The notes beneath the pieces are model-generated. The model saw nothing but the letters and a program-made list of their open reading frames with translations. It did no database searches and was not told the DNA's origin. A stretch of 64,000 nt of DNA from Macrostomum lignano (lineage: Eukaryota), in the NCBI GenBank assembly GCA_002269645.1, contig NIVC01003009.1, positions 1 to 64,000 on the forward strand, given 5' to 3'. Positions 37,185-61,125 of this stretch are shown here, in pieces. Both the position numbers and the translations under genes were made by a program. Each line of letters starts with the position of its first letter. The stretch's first letter is position 1.

Positions 37185-37540
37185 CCAGCCAATCAGAGCC
37201 CGCCTGGGCCCGCATTGGTCCCGCTGATATCTGTGGTGGGGGTGTTGACGCGGGGGGGGGGTTGCGGCCCCCCAACCCGTGCAGTCAGTTCAGTCAGTTT
37301 TTAAATTGAAATAGCGAAGACCGCAGCCAGACAACGACAGCACGACAGACGCCCCGCAGCCAACGCCTCAGCAGCTTCTCAAGCAGAGTATTCAAAACTG
37401 TTTTTATAGCGCTCGGCCCTCTCACCAAGTTTCAATTTTTGCCGAGATATCTGGATAATTGAAAAAGCAAAACGACTTTTTATTGATTGTCTCACTAGAT
37501 AATAATTAGTATTGTGTAATTAGTTGCCAAGGCAGTCAAG
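37185..37540 (+). promoter_or_regulatory. Probable ovo promoter and non-coding first exon
   Basis: CCAAT at 37189, ATTGG at 37214, GC-rich boxes, Inr-like TCAGTT at 37285 and 37294, an ATG-free segment, and a strong donor CAAG|GTAAGT at 37540. It would splice to the CCTGCAG acceptor at 39270, two nt before the ovo ATG. Confidence 0.5.
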
Positions 37541-38509
37541 GTAAGTTTTCTATCTGTCTCAAAATTATTTTCTTATCTCATTGTTACATTGAATTTGAAG
37601 TTATAAAGGTATTCTGCTGTTTCTTTGTTGTTGCGTCATAACTCATAATAGGCCCTAAAACTCAATAGTCAGAGATTTTAGTTTTTTATTACAACTAAGT
37701 TGCTTCCAATGCGTTTCCTTTTTTGTTATAAACAACAACTCGGTTCCTAGTACATATGAGGAGACAAACAAAATTAATAATATGTGTATTCCGAGTTTGT
37801 TGAGTAACTATGGCCCTATACTTAGTTAAGCAAAATGTATATCGATAACAATCTAAGCTAAATACTCGAGTATTTATGTTATTTACTACTATTTAGCTCG
37901 AGTATAGTTAGCCATCCTCCGCATTCGAAAAGTGAGGAAGTCACCGAGTCAAAGACCTCAGGCTCAGCCCATGCCAAGGGCAATAAAAGCCTATTTGACA
38001 AGTTTGGTTTTTAAAAATCACCTTCAGGGTATATCGAGAACGCAATGGGAGAGCATTTAAGACCTTAAGAATTTTTTGAGGAGGGTCAAGATCGGTCAGT
38101 TCGGTAGATACTCTTTTTTAGCTTAACGGTTGCGCAATTAGCCTATCTAGCCGCCATAGCAACTGTTGCTATCTATCAGATAAAGCTTCTAAGAGTTCCA
38201 GCTCCTAATCTCAGGTCACCTGATCCGACCCTCAGGCGGCAAAGTTGATTAAATTCATATATTAGCACAACAGTTCTACTCAACATACTGTAGTTTCCAT
38301 ATGCATCTGGTCGAGGTTGTCTATGAAACTGATGCAACACTCTTACGAGTATATCACCTTGGATATTCACTGCCCAAGAGGGTCAAGGGCGACCCCCCCC
38401 CCCCGAGAAAGTGTCATGACCCTCCGGGAAACTGAACAAATTTTCTGTTTGCCCTTCGAAGTTATATTGCTTAAAAGTATCTCAAGCTTGGAGCTTGAAC
38501 TCACTGGCG

Positions 38510-38880
38510 GTCCAGGGGGGTCAAGGTGGCGGATTCAAGGGGTCAAGGTGGAGGATCCAGGGGGTCAAGGTGGCGGATCCAGGGGGTCAAGGTTGAGGAT
38601 CCAGGGGGGTCAAGGTTGAGGATCCAAGGGGTCAAGGTGGAGAATCTAAGGGGTCAAGGTGGAGGATCCAGGGGGTCAAGGTGGCGGATCCACGGGGTCA
38701 AGGTGGGGGATCCAAGGGGTCAAGGTGGAGGATCCAGGGGGTCAAGGTGGCGGATTCAAGGGGTCAAAATGGAGGATCCAGGGGGTCAAGGCGGCGGATT
38801 CAGGAGGTCAAGGTGGCGGATCCAGGGGGTCAAGGTGGAGGATCCAGGGGGTCAAGGTGGCGGATCCAGGGGGTCTAGGA
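38510..38880. repeat. About 22-bp minisatellite (GGATCCAGGGGGTCAAGGTGGA)
   Basis: Tandem periodicity. Confidence 0.92.
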
Positions 38881-39272
38881 GGTCGGACGACCCCCTCTCT
38901 CTGAAAAAATGCTGGATTCGTCATGCACTGTGGGTATTATTTGGCTCGTATGCACGTGTATCGAGCATGCAGTTTTCTGCCTGCTGCCAATGCATGCTTG
39001 ATACATACTTATTTGCCTAAGTCATTTCGGTTGCCAAGGTGACAGTGAAAACAAATCCACTGCATTCTGTAACGGCTTCTTGCACCTCTATATTATTCAG
39101 CCTTCATGGCTTTCATATCTGCACAGCAATATGTATGAAGACTTCCTCTCTGCAAACATGCCATCAGATACTCGTAGATATGGTCAGCTCAAACAGTTTC
39201 TTTTATGTAGCTCTAGAGCAAATATTATCTCCACTGAGCTGAGTGCATGCAGCTCGCTTCTCGCCTGCAGGC

Positions 39273-48788
<9,516 letters not shown>

Positions 48789-49034
48789 CTTTGTTTGTTA
48801 GTTTCTTTTTTATCCTCCCCTTGTGTCTTTGTTGTGTCTTTGTGTCTTTGTCTTTGTTGGCAAGGTGCGACGGCTTTGTGCTGAGGGTAAGAGTAGGAGT
48901 TGTTTGTTATATCCCTTCCCCATGAATCTCCAATCTGCACGCGTCATGTGGACAATCTCGCTATAAATGCAACTTCATTCGATTGCGTGCGTCCGCGAAC
49001 TGGCTGCGGTTTGGTTGAGAAACTGGATGAGTCA

Positions 49035-50490
49035 AGCACGATGCAGACATGATTCTGACATGATGCACGCATGATTCTGACATGATGCACGCATGATTCT
49101 GACATGATGCACACATGATTCTGACATGATGCACACATGATTCTGACATGATGCACACATGATTCTGACATGATGCACACATGATTCTGACATGATGCAC
49201 GCATGATTCTGACATGATGCACACATGATTCTGACATGATGCACACATGATTCTGACATGATGCACACATGATTCTGACATGATGCACGCATGATTCTGA
49301 CATGATGCACACATGATTCTGACATGATGCACGCATGATTCTGACATGATGCACACGATTCTGACATGATGCACACATGATTCTGACATGATGCACGCAT
49401 GATTCTGACATGATCCACGCATGATTCTGACATGATGCACACATGATTCTGACATGATGCACACATGATTCTGACATGATGCACACATGATTCTGACATG
49501 ATGCACGCATGATTCTGACATGATGCACACAAGATTCTGACATGATGCACACATGATTCTGACATGATTCTGACATGATGCACGCATGATTCTGACATGA
49601 TGCACACATGATTCTGACATGATGCACACATGATTCTGACATGATGCACACATGATTCTGACATGATGCACGCATGATTCTGACATGATGCACACATGAT
49701 TCTGACATGATGCACACATGATTCTGACATGATGCACGCATGATTCTGACATGATGCACGCATGATTCTGACATGATTCTGACATGATGCACGCATGATT
49801 CTGACATGATGCACACATGATTCTGACATGATGCACACATGATTCTGACATGATGCACACATGATTCTGACATGATGCACGCATGATTCTGACATGATGC
49901 ACACATGATTCTGACATGATGCACACATGATTCTGACATGATGCACACATGATTCTGACATGATTCTGACATGATGCACGCATGATTCTGACATGATGCA
50001 CACATGATTCTGACATGATGCACACATGATTCTGACATGATTCTGACATGATGCACACATGATTCTGACATGATGCACACATGATTCTGACATGATGCAC
50101 GCATGATTCTGACATGATGCACACATGATTCTGACATGATGCACACATGATTCTGACATGATGCACACATGATTCTGACATGATTCTGACATGATGCACG
50201 CATGATTCTGACATGATGCACACATGATTCTGACATGATGCACACATGATTCTGACATGATTCTGACATGATGCACGCATGATTCTGACATGATGCACAC
50301 ATGATTCTGACATGATGCACGCATGATTCTGACATGATTCTGACATGATGCACGCATGATTCTGACATAATGCTGACATGATGCAGATATGCTGCAGACA
50401 TGCTTCTGACGTTATGCTAAAACGATTCTGACATGAGGCAGACATGATACAGACATGATGCACACATGATTCTGACATACGCAGACATGA
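49035..50490. repeat. 22-bp minisatellite (CATGATTCTGACATGATGCACA)
   Basis: About 65 units with 11-bp half-unit variants. Confidence 0.96.
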
Positions 50491-50999
50491 TGCGCTCATG
50501 ATGTAGACGTAGACTCAGATGTAAGCCTCTATATCTGTCTTGCTCAGCTATTTGTTGTTTGGGCTGTTCCCAATATTTCCTCTTTGTTTTTCCCGGCAAT
50601 TTTTTATTTCAATCAGATTTGTTTTCAGCTCTTTAGCGGCAACTGACATTATTTGCTAGATTTGTTATTCACGTCAGACTGACCGCTTCTGAAATTTGTT
50701 GCTTTGCTCGTTTCTGCGCTTTGATATTGGATCATTTTTTTCAACAATTTGTGACGACTTTGGACCTTATTAATAATATTCCATTTACAATTTAACTAAC
50801 TACGCCTGCCCACTTTGTACTTCTTGGCGTTGACCTCGCACTGACACCAGCTCAGCTCCCGCACCTGTTATTCTTGCAGTGCAATCTAATCATATTTAAA
50901 AAATCAACCCATTCTTTGCATGCGATATTCTCCAAGTAAAAATATCGATTACCGCTTCATGGTTGAGTGTCTTGTATGCACTTGCCTTTGCTCTGCCTT

Positions 51000-51670
51000 C
51001 CTACTCCCAGCTAAACCCTCTATCTACTCCCCAATCACCCCTCTATCTACTCCCCAGTCACCCCTCTATCTACTCCCCAGTCACACCTCTATCTACTCCC
51101 CAATCACCCCTCTATCTACTCCCCAGTCACACCTCTTTCTACTCCCCAGTCACCCCTCTATCTACTCCCCAGTCACACCTCTATCTACTCCCCAATCACC
51201 CCTCTATCTACTCCCCAGTCACACCTCTATCTACTCCCCAAACACCCCTCTATCTACTCCCCAGTCATCCCTCTATCTACTCCCCAGTCACCCCTCTATC
51301 TACTCCCCAGTCACCCCTCTATCTACTCCCCAGTCACCTCTCTATCTACTCCCCAATCACCCCTCTATCTACTCCCCAGTCACCCCTCTATCTACTCCCC
51401 AGTCACCCCTCTATCTACTCCCCAGTCACCCCACTATCTACTCTCCACTCACCCCTCTATCTACTCCCCAGTCACCCCACTATCTACTCCTCACTCACCC
51501 CTCTATCTACTCCCCAGTCACCCCACTATCTACTCTCCACTCACCCCTCTATCTACTTCCCAGTCACCCCTCTATCTACTCCTCACTCACCCCTCTATCT
51601 ACTCCTCACTCACCCCTCTATCTACTCCTCACTCACCCCTCTATCTACTCCTCACTCACCCCTCTATCGA
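51000..51670. repeat. 23-bp minisatellite (CCCTCTATCTACTCCCCAGTCAC)
   Basis: Tandem periodicity. Confidence 0.95.
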
Positions 51671-52109
51671 CCCCCTTCAGACCCTGCACTTGCGCATGTC
51701 AGCCGCACCCCAGCCTTGTACCAATGCTAAGTTGTAAATCTGTCACTCAGTCGCGGCACTTGCTGTGTACCAATCTAGTGCGCTAACCCTGTCATTAACT
51801 AAAGTGCATGCCACTCTGCACAAGCAATGCTAATTACTATAAATTTATCTAATCTATGAAATTAATTATACGAGTTACTATTTATTTGAGCCTGCTAAAT
51901 ATTATTATTAAATACTATACACGCTCTCTTCGGACAATTTTATTCTGAGCACTTGAAATTCTGATTTATTGATTGTGTCTTTTAATTCCTTAATTGCTGC
52001 TGCTTATAATTTCAAGTCAGTAGCATCGTTAGCACCTGGGCACATCAGCTCAGCGCCGCGACCCACGACCCGCGATTCACAGCCATGATGGCCAACCAAG
52101 CACCAAGGC

Positions 52110-54645
52110 TTACTTGATTTACTTGACTTAGCTGCAGGGCGGTCCGAAGACGCAGCGGGGAGGCGAGCGTCGCCCATTCCGCTAATCCCTGAAAGGCCTG
52201 CATAGGCTAGGCTAGGGCGCGGGGCCGGTCAGGGAGGTCTGCCGGTCCTGTCTGCAGCGTTGTCTTCGGTGGGGAAGACGGAGGCTCGCTTAATGGCCCG
52301 GAGGAACCGGATGAGCCGTGGGATGTTCTCGGGCCGGCAAGCGTCGTCCAGGGATGGGTTGGGCCCGAGGTGGTTGAGCCGGTCTCGGCTTGGCGTCTTT
52401 GTTCTCGAGGTTGCAGAAAGGGCAGAGTTCGCTCCGGTGAACACTTCGGAGGAAACAGTGCCTGGCAAAAGCAACCGTGACCTGTGAAGGTCATAGTGAG
52501 AGCGCGGATATCTTTTCGATTTTGATTCAGATTTTTGCTTGAGGGACGGATTGGGCACTGCCGCATGGGATTGGCGGCATTGGAAATGCCATCCCATCTG
52601 CGCAAGTGCAGGATGTCCACCCAGTCGTTAATTTGACGATTAATGACCCTGGCGGGGATGGGGGCCAGAGGCACGGGGTCAAGGAGCGAGCTGGAGCTAC
52701 CCGTCTTGGCGAGGGAGTCGGCGAGCTCGTTACCTTTGAAGCCGGCGTGTCCTGGGATCCACAGGAGCCGGACGGTGTTTCTCCGAGCCAGCTTGTTGAG
52801 CTGCCCGATACAGTCGCGGACTGTTCGGGATTTCGTAGTGGTGTGACACAGGGCCTGCAAGGCGGCCTGGCTGTCAGAGTGGAAGAAGATTCTTCTGTCT
52901 TTGAAGTCCCTGCAGTGGAGCTCAGCTGCACAGGAGCTGATGGCAAGGACTTCGTTCTGGAAGACGCTGGAGAGTCTGCCAGTGTGTTGGGCGTGAGTGG
53001 CGATCACGCGGCCGTTAAGGATACAGACTCCAAAGCCGGATAAACCGTCTTTGGAGGATCCGTCAGTGAAGCAGTGAACCTCCTGAGGGGCCCAGCTGTC
53101 GTTGGCGTTCTCCCTAGAGGGGATAGTGACCTTGAAGCGTTGGTAGAGATTGAGGGAGCGCGGCTCAGCGTCCGAAAGGACAGCCGCACTCCCACTCTCC
53201 TCCAGAACTTTAAGGCACAGGTCAGAGTGCGGCAGGAGCTTGCGCTTCGCCATCGCTCTTTGTGGCTTGAAGCTACCGAGCCGGCGGGTGGTTTTAGCTG
53301 CCTCGCGACGGACGAAGATGTCCAGAGGCGGGAGGCAGAGGAAGGCGTTGAGGCCGTCAAAGGGAGCAGAGAGCGGGGCATTCAGAATCATGCAGCACAC
53401 ACGTCCCTGCACCTTTTTAAGGGCTTCATGGCATGTTTTAATCTGCAAGGCGCTGGTCCAGACCAGGCCCGCGTAAGTAACGGCCGGCCGGACCATTGCG
53501 GTATAGATCCACCAGAGCCGCTTCGGGGTGAGGCCCCAGGTGGTGCCGAAAGCTCTGCGCAACTGCGCAAGAATCGCGAGGGCTTTTTTGGTTTTGGCCT
53601 GGACGTGGGTGGACCAGCTCAGCCGATGGTCCAGCGTCACGCCGAGACACTTGGTTCGCTTGAAGGATGGGATTTCCACCCGTAAAGCTTTGGCGGGCGA
53701 GTACGCCAGTTGACCCTGCTGGTGAACATGATCGCGACAGTTTTGGTCTCGGAGAGTCTGAGGCCGCACCTGTCCGCCCATTGTTCAGCAGAGCGAATAA
53801 AGTTTTGCAGAAGATCCCTAAGGGTTTCAGGTGACGGTCCGGATGCTACGACTGTAACATCATCGGCGTAACCGACGTTAAGGATGGGGTCAAGATGGCT
53901 GTCCTGAAGGAGCTCATCGATGACCATGTTTCAGAGAACTGGAGAGAGGACACCGCCTTGGGGGCTGCCTTTGCAGACGGTTACCGTCCGTTGGTGGCCC
54001 AACAGGTGTGCGGTGGCAGTAACGGTGGCTGATCATTTACATGATCCACCGGGTGAGGTGCGAGTGGGTTCCTCTAGCACGTAGAGCTCTGTCAGAAGCC
54101 TCAAAGAGGACATTATCGAAGGCTCCAACAATGTCGAGGAAGACAGCGAGAGCGTAGCCATTGCCAAGAACGGCTTTCTCCAGCATGTCGACCAAGACGT
54201 GAAGCGCGCCATCCGTGGACCTGCCTGCCCGAAAGGCGTGCTGGTTCTCACTGAGCGGCTTGTTCTTCAGTTCCACAGAGAGGAGGCGCCAAAGAACCAG
54301 TCTCTCCAACAGCTTCACCAGTGAGGAGGTGAGGCTGATTGGTCTGAAGGATTTAATGGACCGGTAGTCCGGTCGGCCGGGCTTGGGGATAAAAATCACC
54401 CTGGCCTCGGTCCAGGTTTTCGGAACAAAGCCGAGTACAACGCAAGCTTCCAGGAGCCGGCAAAGGTTCCGCAGGAAACCGGTGCATTTCACCGCCTCAC
54501 ACAGGAAGATTGGCACAACGCTGTCCGGTCCTGGGGATTTGAAGGGTTTGAAGGAGGAGACTGCTTTAGTGACGCGGTCCTAGCATCGCCTCCAGCGTTT
54601 CTCCTGGATTCTCAGTGAGCGAGCTGTCGGCTCTCTTTACTGAGG
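52110..54645 (-). mobile_element. 5'-truncated non-LTR retrotransposon with RT and RNase H (LOA/R1-like, I superfamily)
   Basis: FRPISLTS, QHAFRAGRST, VFLDIVGAFDNV, KGSPQGGVLSP, GYADDV, WGLTPKRLWWIYTAMVRP. RNase H motifs FTDGS...EVLAI...SDSQAAL...WIPGH...GNELAD. 12-bp TSD AAGCACCAAGGC at 52098-52109 and 54646-54657. Short TCAAGTAA-type tail. Several frameshifts. Confidence 0.92.
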
Positions 54646-54991
54646 AAGCACCAAGGCACAGACAGTGTACATGCCTGACGATTAGAAAGCCCGGGCCGCT
54701 TTACATGAGCCCGAGCGTGTGTATGAGAGCCTGTCTCTGCGTACAGTACTGGCGCAAATATTTAGTTTATAGATCACTAGTAGCTACCAACAGTAGTAAG
54801 TTGCAACTCGAAGGCATCAGCAACAAATTAAAGAGAAGCAATATGGTGAGCGATCTCTCAGGCTATTTTAGCTGTGGTTTTATATTTATTAGCCATAGGT
54901 CATTGCGCTAACAGTCAGCGCTGGCAGGGGCTGCGTCCAAACAGGTGCTCAGTCAATTCGCGGGGCTCGGCCGGCCGCTCGGCCCGCTGCT

Positions 54992-55312
54992 TCACCAGAT
55001 GCCCGGCGGCTTCCTCGGCGGCTGCTTCTTGCCCCGGCGGAACAGCGGGACGCCGTCGCTCACCGTCGCCGCCTCCTCGCCGCCTCCAACCTGGTCGTCG
55101 TCGACGATGGGCTGGAGGCGTCGGGGCCATCGGCAGGGCGCAGCCTCGGTGGCGCAGAGGAGTCGCTCGAGTAGCTCCCGCTCCTGCTGCTGCTGCTGCT
55201 GCTGGCGTGAGTGCGGCGCGGCCTCGGCTCCTGGAAGAAACTGGGCAAGGCTGGCGGCAGCCAGAAGCATCGAGCCGGCCAATAGAAGAATCTGCAGACG
55301 GGCTGCTGGCAT
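54992..55312 (-). CDS. Putative secreted peptide/neuropeptide precursor, 106 aa
   Basis: Signal-peptide-like N-terminus ending AEA|A, poly-Q, two Cys, RR site, acidic spacer, PLFRR-G-KK, C-terminal QPPRKPPGIW. GC-rich codon-like composition. No family recognised. Confidence 0.55.
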   Translation of the reverse strand: MPAARLQILLLAGSMLLAAASLAQFLPGAEAAPHSRQQQQQQQERELLERLLCATEAAPCRWPRRLQPIVDDDQVGGGEEAATVSDGVPLFRRGKKQPPRKPPGIW

Positions 55313-55689
55313 GGCGGGCTGGGGTGGCTTGCTGCACTGATTGCTGGTTTAACAGTTAATTACGATGCTGTTTGCAGTTTCTCCTGATCGAATTGAACAA
55401 GCCTTTGGAAATATTGTGGCCAGCGGAGAAGCGGAGAGAATCGCAGCGGGAGGGCAGGTCGCGTCTTTTGTACCGATGCGCTTTCTCTCTGTTGTTTTTT
55501 TTCAGCTCCTGGCTGCAGATTGGATAGGCTGAGGCCCTTGAGCAGTCTCTGGCCACTCCCTGGCTGAGCTCCGTGCTCACTGCTTTCCCCTACCCATCAC
55601 TTTTGGCTTCTATTTGCTTCGAATTTTTACCCTACTCTTCGACTTCTGTCTCTTCCTCTGTTTTTGTCTACCCACCCTGACCCTACTTC

Positions 55690-56150
55690 TCTGTCTCTCA
55701 GCTCTTTCACCTCTACTTCTCAATCTCCTCACTCTACTTCTCCATCTCTCCCTCACACTACTTCTTCATCTCTCCCTCATCCCTCACTCTACTTCTCCAT
55801 CTCTCCCTCATCCCTCACTCTACTTCTCCATCTCTCCCTCACTCTACTTCTCAATCCCTCCCTCACTCTACTTTTCCATCTCCCTCACTCTACTTCTTCA
55901 TCTCTCCCTCACTCTACTTCTCCATCTCTCCCTCACTCTACTTCTCTCTACTTCTCCATCTCCTCACTCTACTTCTCCATCTCCCACTCTACTTCTCCGT
56001 CTCTCTCTCTACTTCTCTGACTCCCTCACTCTATTCTCCGTCTACTTCACTCTACTACTCAAATCTCGCTCTCTAATTCTCTACCCCCTCTCTACTCCTC
56101 CGTCTCCCCATCCTACTTCTCCATCTCCTTCACTCTACTTCTCAATCGCC
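55690..56150. repeat. About 24-bp CT-rich degenerate minisatellite
   Basis: CTCACTCTACTTCTCCATCTCTCC-like units. Confidence 0.85.
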
Positions 56151-56710
56151 CATTCGCCTACTTCTCCGTTTCTAACTCGACTTAACCCACTTTTTGCTCT
56201 TCGTTGTGAAAGAATAATTTCTGCATTTTCCCTGGTTTCCACTATCCACCCAGTCCTCTATCTCCCTCTTCATTGAACAACCCCTATTCACGTCTTTCAG
56301 CCTCAAGTGCACGGCGAGACCAAGTGTGTTAATCCCCGACCTTCAATTTCGGATCCCGGACGGATAAGCCAACTCGCGGGCCCCTTTCTGCTCGCGTCTT
56401 TCATCATACAGAGACACGGTGGGTCTCCCATTCACTGCCGCCGCCGCCTGCGGCTGGCCCCGGGACAGCAGGGGTGACCAAGCAAGTCCTGATTGCTCGG
56501 GGATCTCTAATTTTATTCAAAACGACCCCCTAGTTGTCCCACGAATTCACTGGCAAAGGAACTCTTTCATTTGACTGCTTTCTGTGGCCATGCAGACTGT
56601 CTGCTAGCGCCAATTACCTGCCAGCCCAAGGGCAACTGATGGAGATAATGGGGATAACCCTGGCTAAAGCAGGCCTGCTGGACATGTGGAGCTGCTTCTC
56701 TGGCTGGGCC

Positions 56711-57385
<675 letters not shown>

Positions 57386-57764
57386 GCATTTAAATCTTTC
57401 TGGAAAGTGTTGCCATCGCTTCGTTACTCTGCCTTTACCTGTCTAACATTGCAAGCAATAAATCCTGAACTAAATTGATGCATTATCAGTTCGTTTCGTA
57501 CCTGCTTTCCACGATCATTCCACTGTGTGATAAACTGCCGCCAATCAAGCCATTTCATTCACAGTCACTCCAGCCGAGCACTCGCAGCTTCCTGCTGATC
57601 AGACCTTTGCCTGTCCATCACGGGCTTTGTTAAACTGCTACTCAGGAACTGCGGCCAAACAAAATGCGACAGGCTCTCAAGGCTCCACACAGCTTCCTTC
57701 ATCATAAGTACTAGGTCGTGCTTGAAAATATCATCTTTCCTGTTAACCACTAGGCCAGACTGTG

Positions 57765-58925
57765 TAAGTCTCTGTGAGTGTTGATAAGTCTATGTGAGTG
57801 TTGGTGAGCCTCTGTGAGTGTCGGTGAGTCTCTGTGACTGTCAGTGAGTCTCTGTGAGTGTCAGTGAGTCTCTGTGAGTGTCGGTGAGTCTCTGTGAGTG
57901 TCGGTGAGTCTCTGTGAGTGTCAGTGAGTCTCTGTGACTGTCAGTGAGTCTCTGTGAGTGTCAGTGAGTCTCTGTGAGTGTTGGTGAGCCTCTGTGAGTG
58001 TCGGTGAGTCTCTGTGAGTGTTGGTGAGTCTCTGTGAGTGTCGGTGAGTCTCTGTGAGTGTCGGTGCGTCTCTGTGAGTGTCGGTGAGTCTCTGTGAGTG
58101 TTGGTGAGTCTCTGTGAGTGTCGGTGCGTCTCTGTGAGTGTTGGTGAGTCTCTGTGAGTGTTGGTGAGTCTCTGTGAGTGTTGGTGAGTCTCTGTGAGTG
58201 TTGGTGAGCCTCTGTGAGTGTCGATGAGTCTCTGTGAGTGTCAGTGAGTCTCTGTGAGTGTCGGTGAGTCTTTGTGACTGTCAGTGAGTCTCTGTGAGTG
58301 TCAGTGAGTCTCTGTGAGTGTCGGTGAGTCTCTGTGAGTGTTGGTGAGCCTCTGTGAGTGTCGGTGAGTCTCTGTGAGTGTCGGTGCGTCTCTGTGAGTG
58401 TCAGTGAGTCTCTGTGAGTGTCGGTGAGTCTCTGTGAGTGTTGGTGAGCCTCTGTGAGTGTTGGTGAGTCTCTGTGAGTGTTGGTGAGTCTCTGTGAGTG
58501 TCGGTGAGTCTCTGTGAGTGTCGGTGAGTCTCTGTGAGTGTTGGTGAGTCTCTGTGAGTGTTGGTGAGTCTCTGTGAGTGTTGGTGAGTCTCTGTGAGTG
58601 TTGGTGAGTCTATGTGAGTGTTGGTGAGTCTCTGTGAGTGTCAGTGAGTCTCTGTGAGTATCTGTGAGTCTCTGTGAGTGTTGGTGAGTCTCTGTGAGTG
58701 TCAGTGAGTCTCGGTGAGTATCTGTGAGTCTCTGTGAGTGTTGGTGAGTCTCTGTGAGTGTCAGTAAGTCTCTGTGAGTGTCCGTGAGTATCTTTGAGTC
58801 TCTGTGAGTCTCTGTGAGTGTCCGTGAGTATCTTTGAGTCTCTGTGAGTCTCTGTGAGTCCCTGTGAGTGTTGGTGAGTCTTTGAGTGTTGGTGACTTGC
58901 TATGAGTGTCTGTGAATGTCGGTGA
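57765..58925. repeat. 20-bp minisatellite (TCTGTGAGTGTCGGTGAGTC)
   Basis: About 57 units. Confidence 0.96.
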
Positions 58926-59302
58926 GAGGCGAGTCTTGCTGAGATTGCCGAAGAACCAGCTAATAAAAAGAGTTGAAATGAAAATTTAATTTAAAAACTT
59001 TCGCCGTAGTCACCCCAGAAAGAAGCACCACCGCACCGTCAGCGATCCCTGGCGACAAATTGGATCTCGGCAAGAATTTTGTGAAATCAAAATTGATCCC
59101 ACGGGACAGGCACCAAATGGTCGTGCAAGGACTCAAAAAGTCGTTAGAAGGCTCTAATTATGGCTGAGAACTGGTTCTCGGCTGATCGGAATTGGCTTAA
59201 AACGCCTTTCAGCAGCTCCTGGTTAACCGGCTAGCGATAATTGGCGGACTCCAAGGACGAACTCGAGTCGTAGAACTGGTGTTCACGGAATTAGCCCGGT
59301 CT

Positions 59303-59475
<173 letters not shown>

Positions 59476-60138
59476 CAAGTCGTCAGCCAAGCGCAGTCTA
59501 TGGCAGCTGCGGCCAGCAGGCTAGTTTGCATATCAAATTAAGCCACGGCGTGTTTTGTCAGACTTCGAGTAAGCCGCCCTGGCCAGGGCTTTGTGCATTT
59601 CGCTACGACCACACTGCAGATGCAGCCGAGCGCACCGCACAAGCCCTGTTGCAGGGCGAAGCGCCTTCAGCGTCTCCTTCAACAGCTCGGACGGTTGACA
59701 GACGGAGAACTAGAGAAGACTGGACAGCTTTATCTTCTGGAGGCTGATGAAGTATAATATTGCATATTGGAATTCCTTTTCCAAGTGCGCGAACTTTTAT
59801 CCGGAACTGTTCCCGTTCTAGACTCACCCCCTATTTTTATCCCTTTTCCCTTTCTTCAACTTGGCCTTCTCGCTTACTTCACTCTGCTGTAATGTATAGG
59901 GGTCCCACGGGTGGGCTGGGGGGGGGCATCGGCCAGCGGATGCAATCAGGCAAATCGACCTCCCGGAATTTGCCCAACTCGGGGTGGATATGAAGGCGAA
60001 AGTGAGCGCTGGGGCTGGGATGCTGCGGCTAAACTGGTGATGAGGACGGATAAATAATAAATCGGTGGGCTGCACTCAAACAGATCAGAATCCGACAACC
60101 TAGCGGACGGGAATGAGCACACCTGTTCGAATGGGACT

Positions 60139-60724
<586 letters not shown>

Positions 60725-61125
60725 ATACTAGTACTCCGTCGCACAAACGCTGGCCGCCTACGCACCCCGCACCCGATCAGTCATCTGCAGCATCCACCGC
60801 CACTTCAATTATCCAGAGCCAAAGATTGAGAAAGTTCGGTCAGTTTAGTCGCCAATATGCGTGACGCGGTCCGCTATTTTCTCCCAAGAAAAGTTGCTGG
60901 GAAATTAGTTGAGAGCTTGGCCATCTGCCATCTGCTTTATCGTCGAGCTTTCGCACTAAGCTTGTTTTAAACTAAACTGGCTATTGAAAGTAGAAAAGAC
61001 AGAGTGGTAAGCCCGTCTGTGCAGAAGTAAATTCAGTAAATGTGATCCAGATCCTTCACAATATACCCAGATACGTCACAACCTACCCAGATCCTTCACA
61101 ATCTACCCAGATCCTTCACAATCTA

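Noticed and set aside
54992-55312. Signal-peptide ORF as the missing first exon of sortilin
   Set aside because: A phase-compatible signal-peptide exon lies at 22830-22991, and ovo intervenes.
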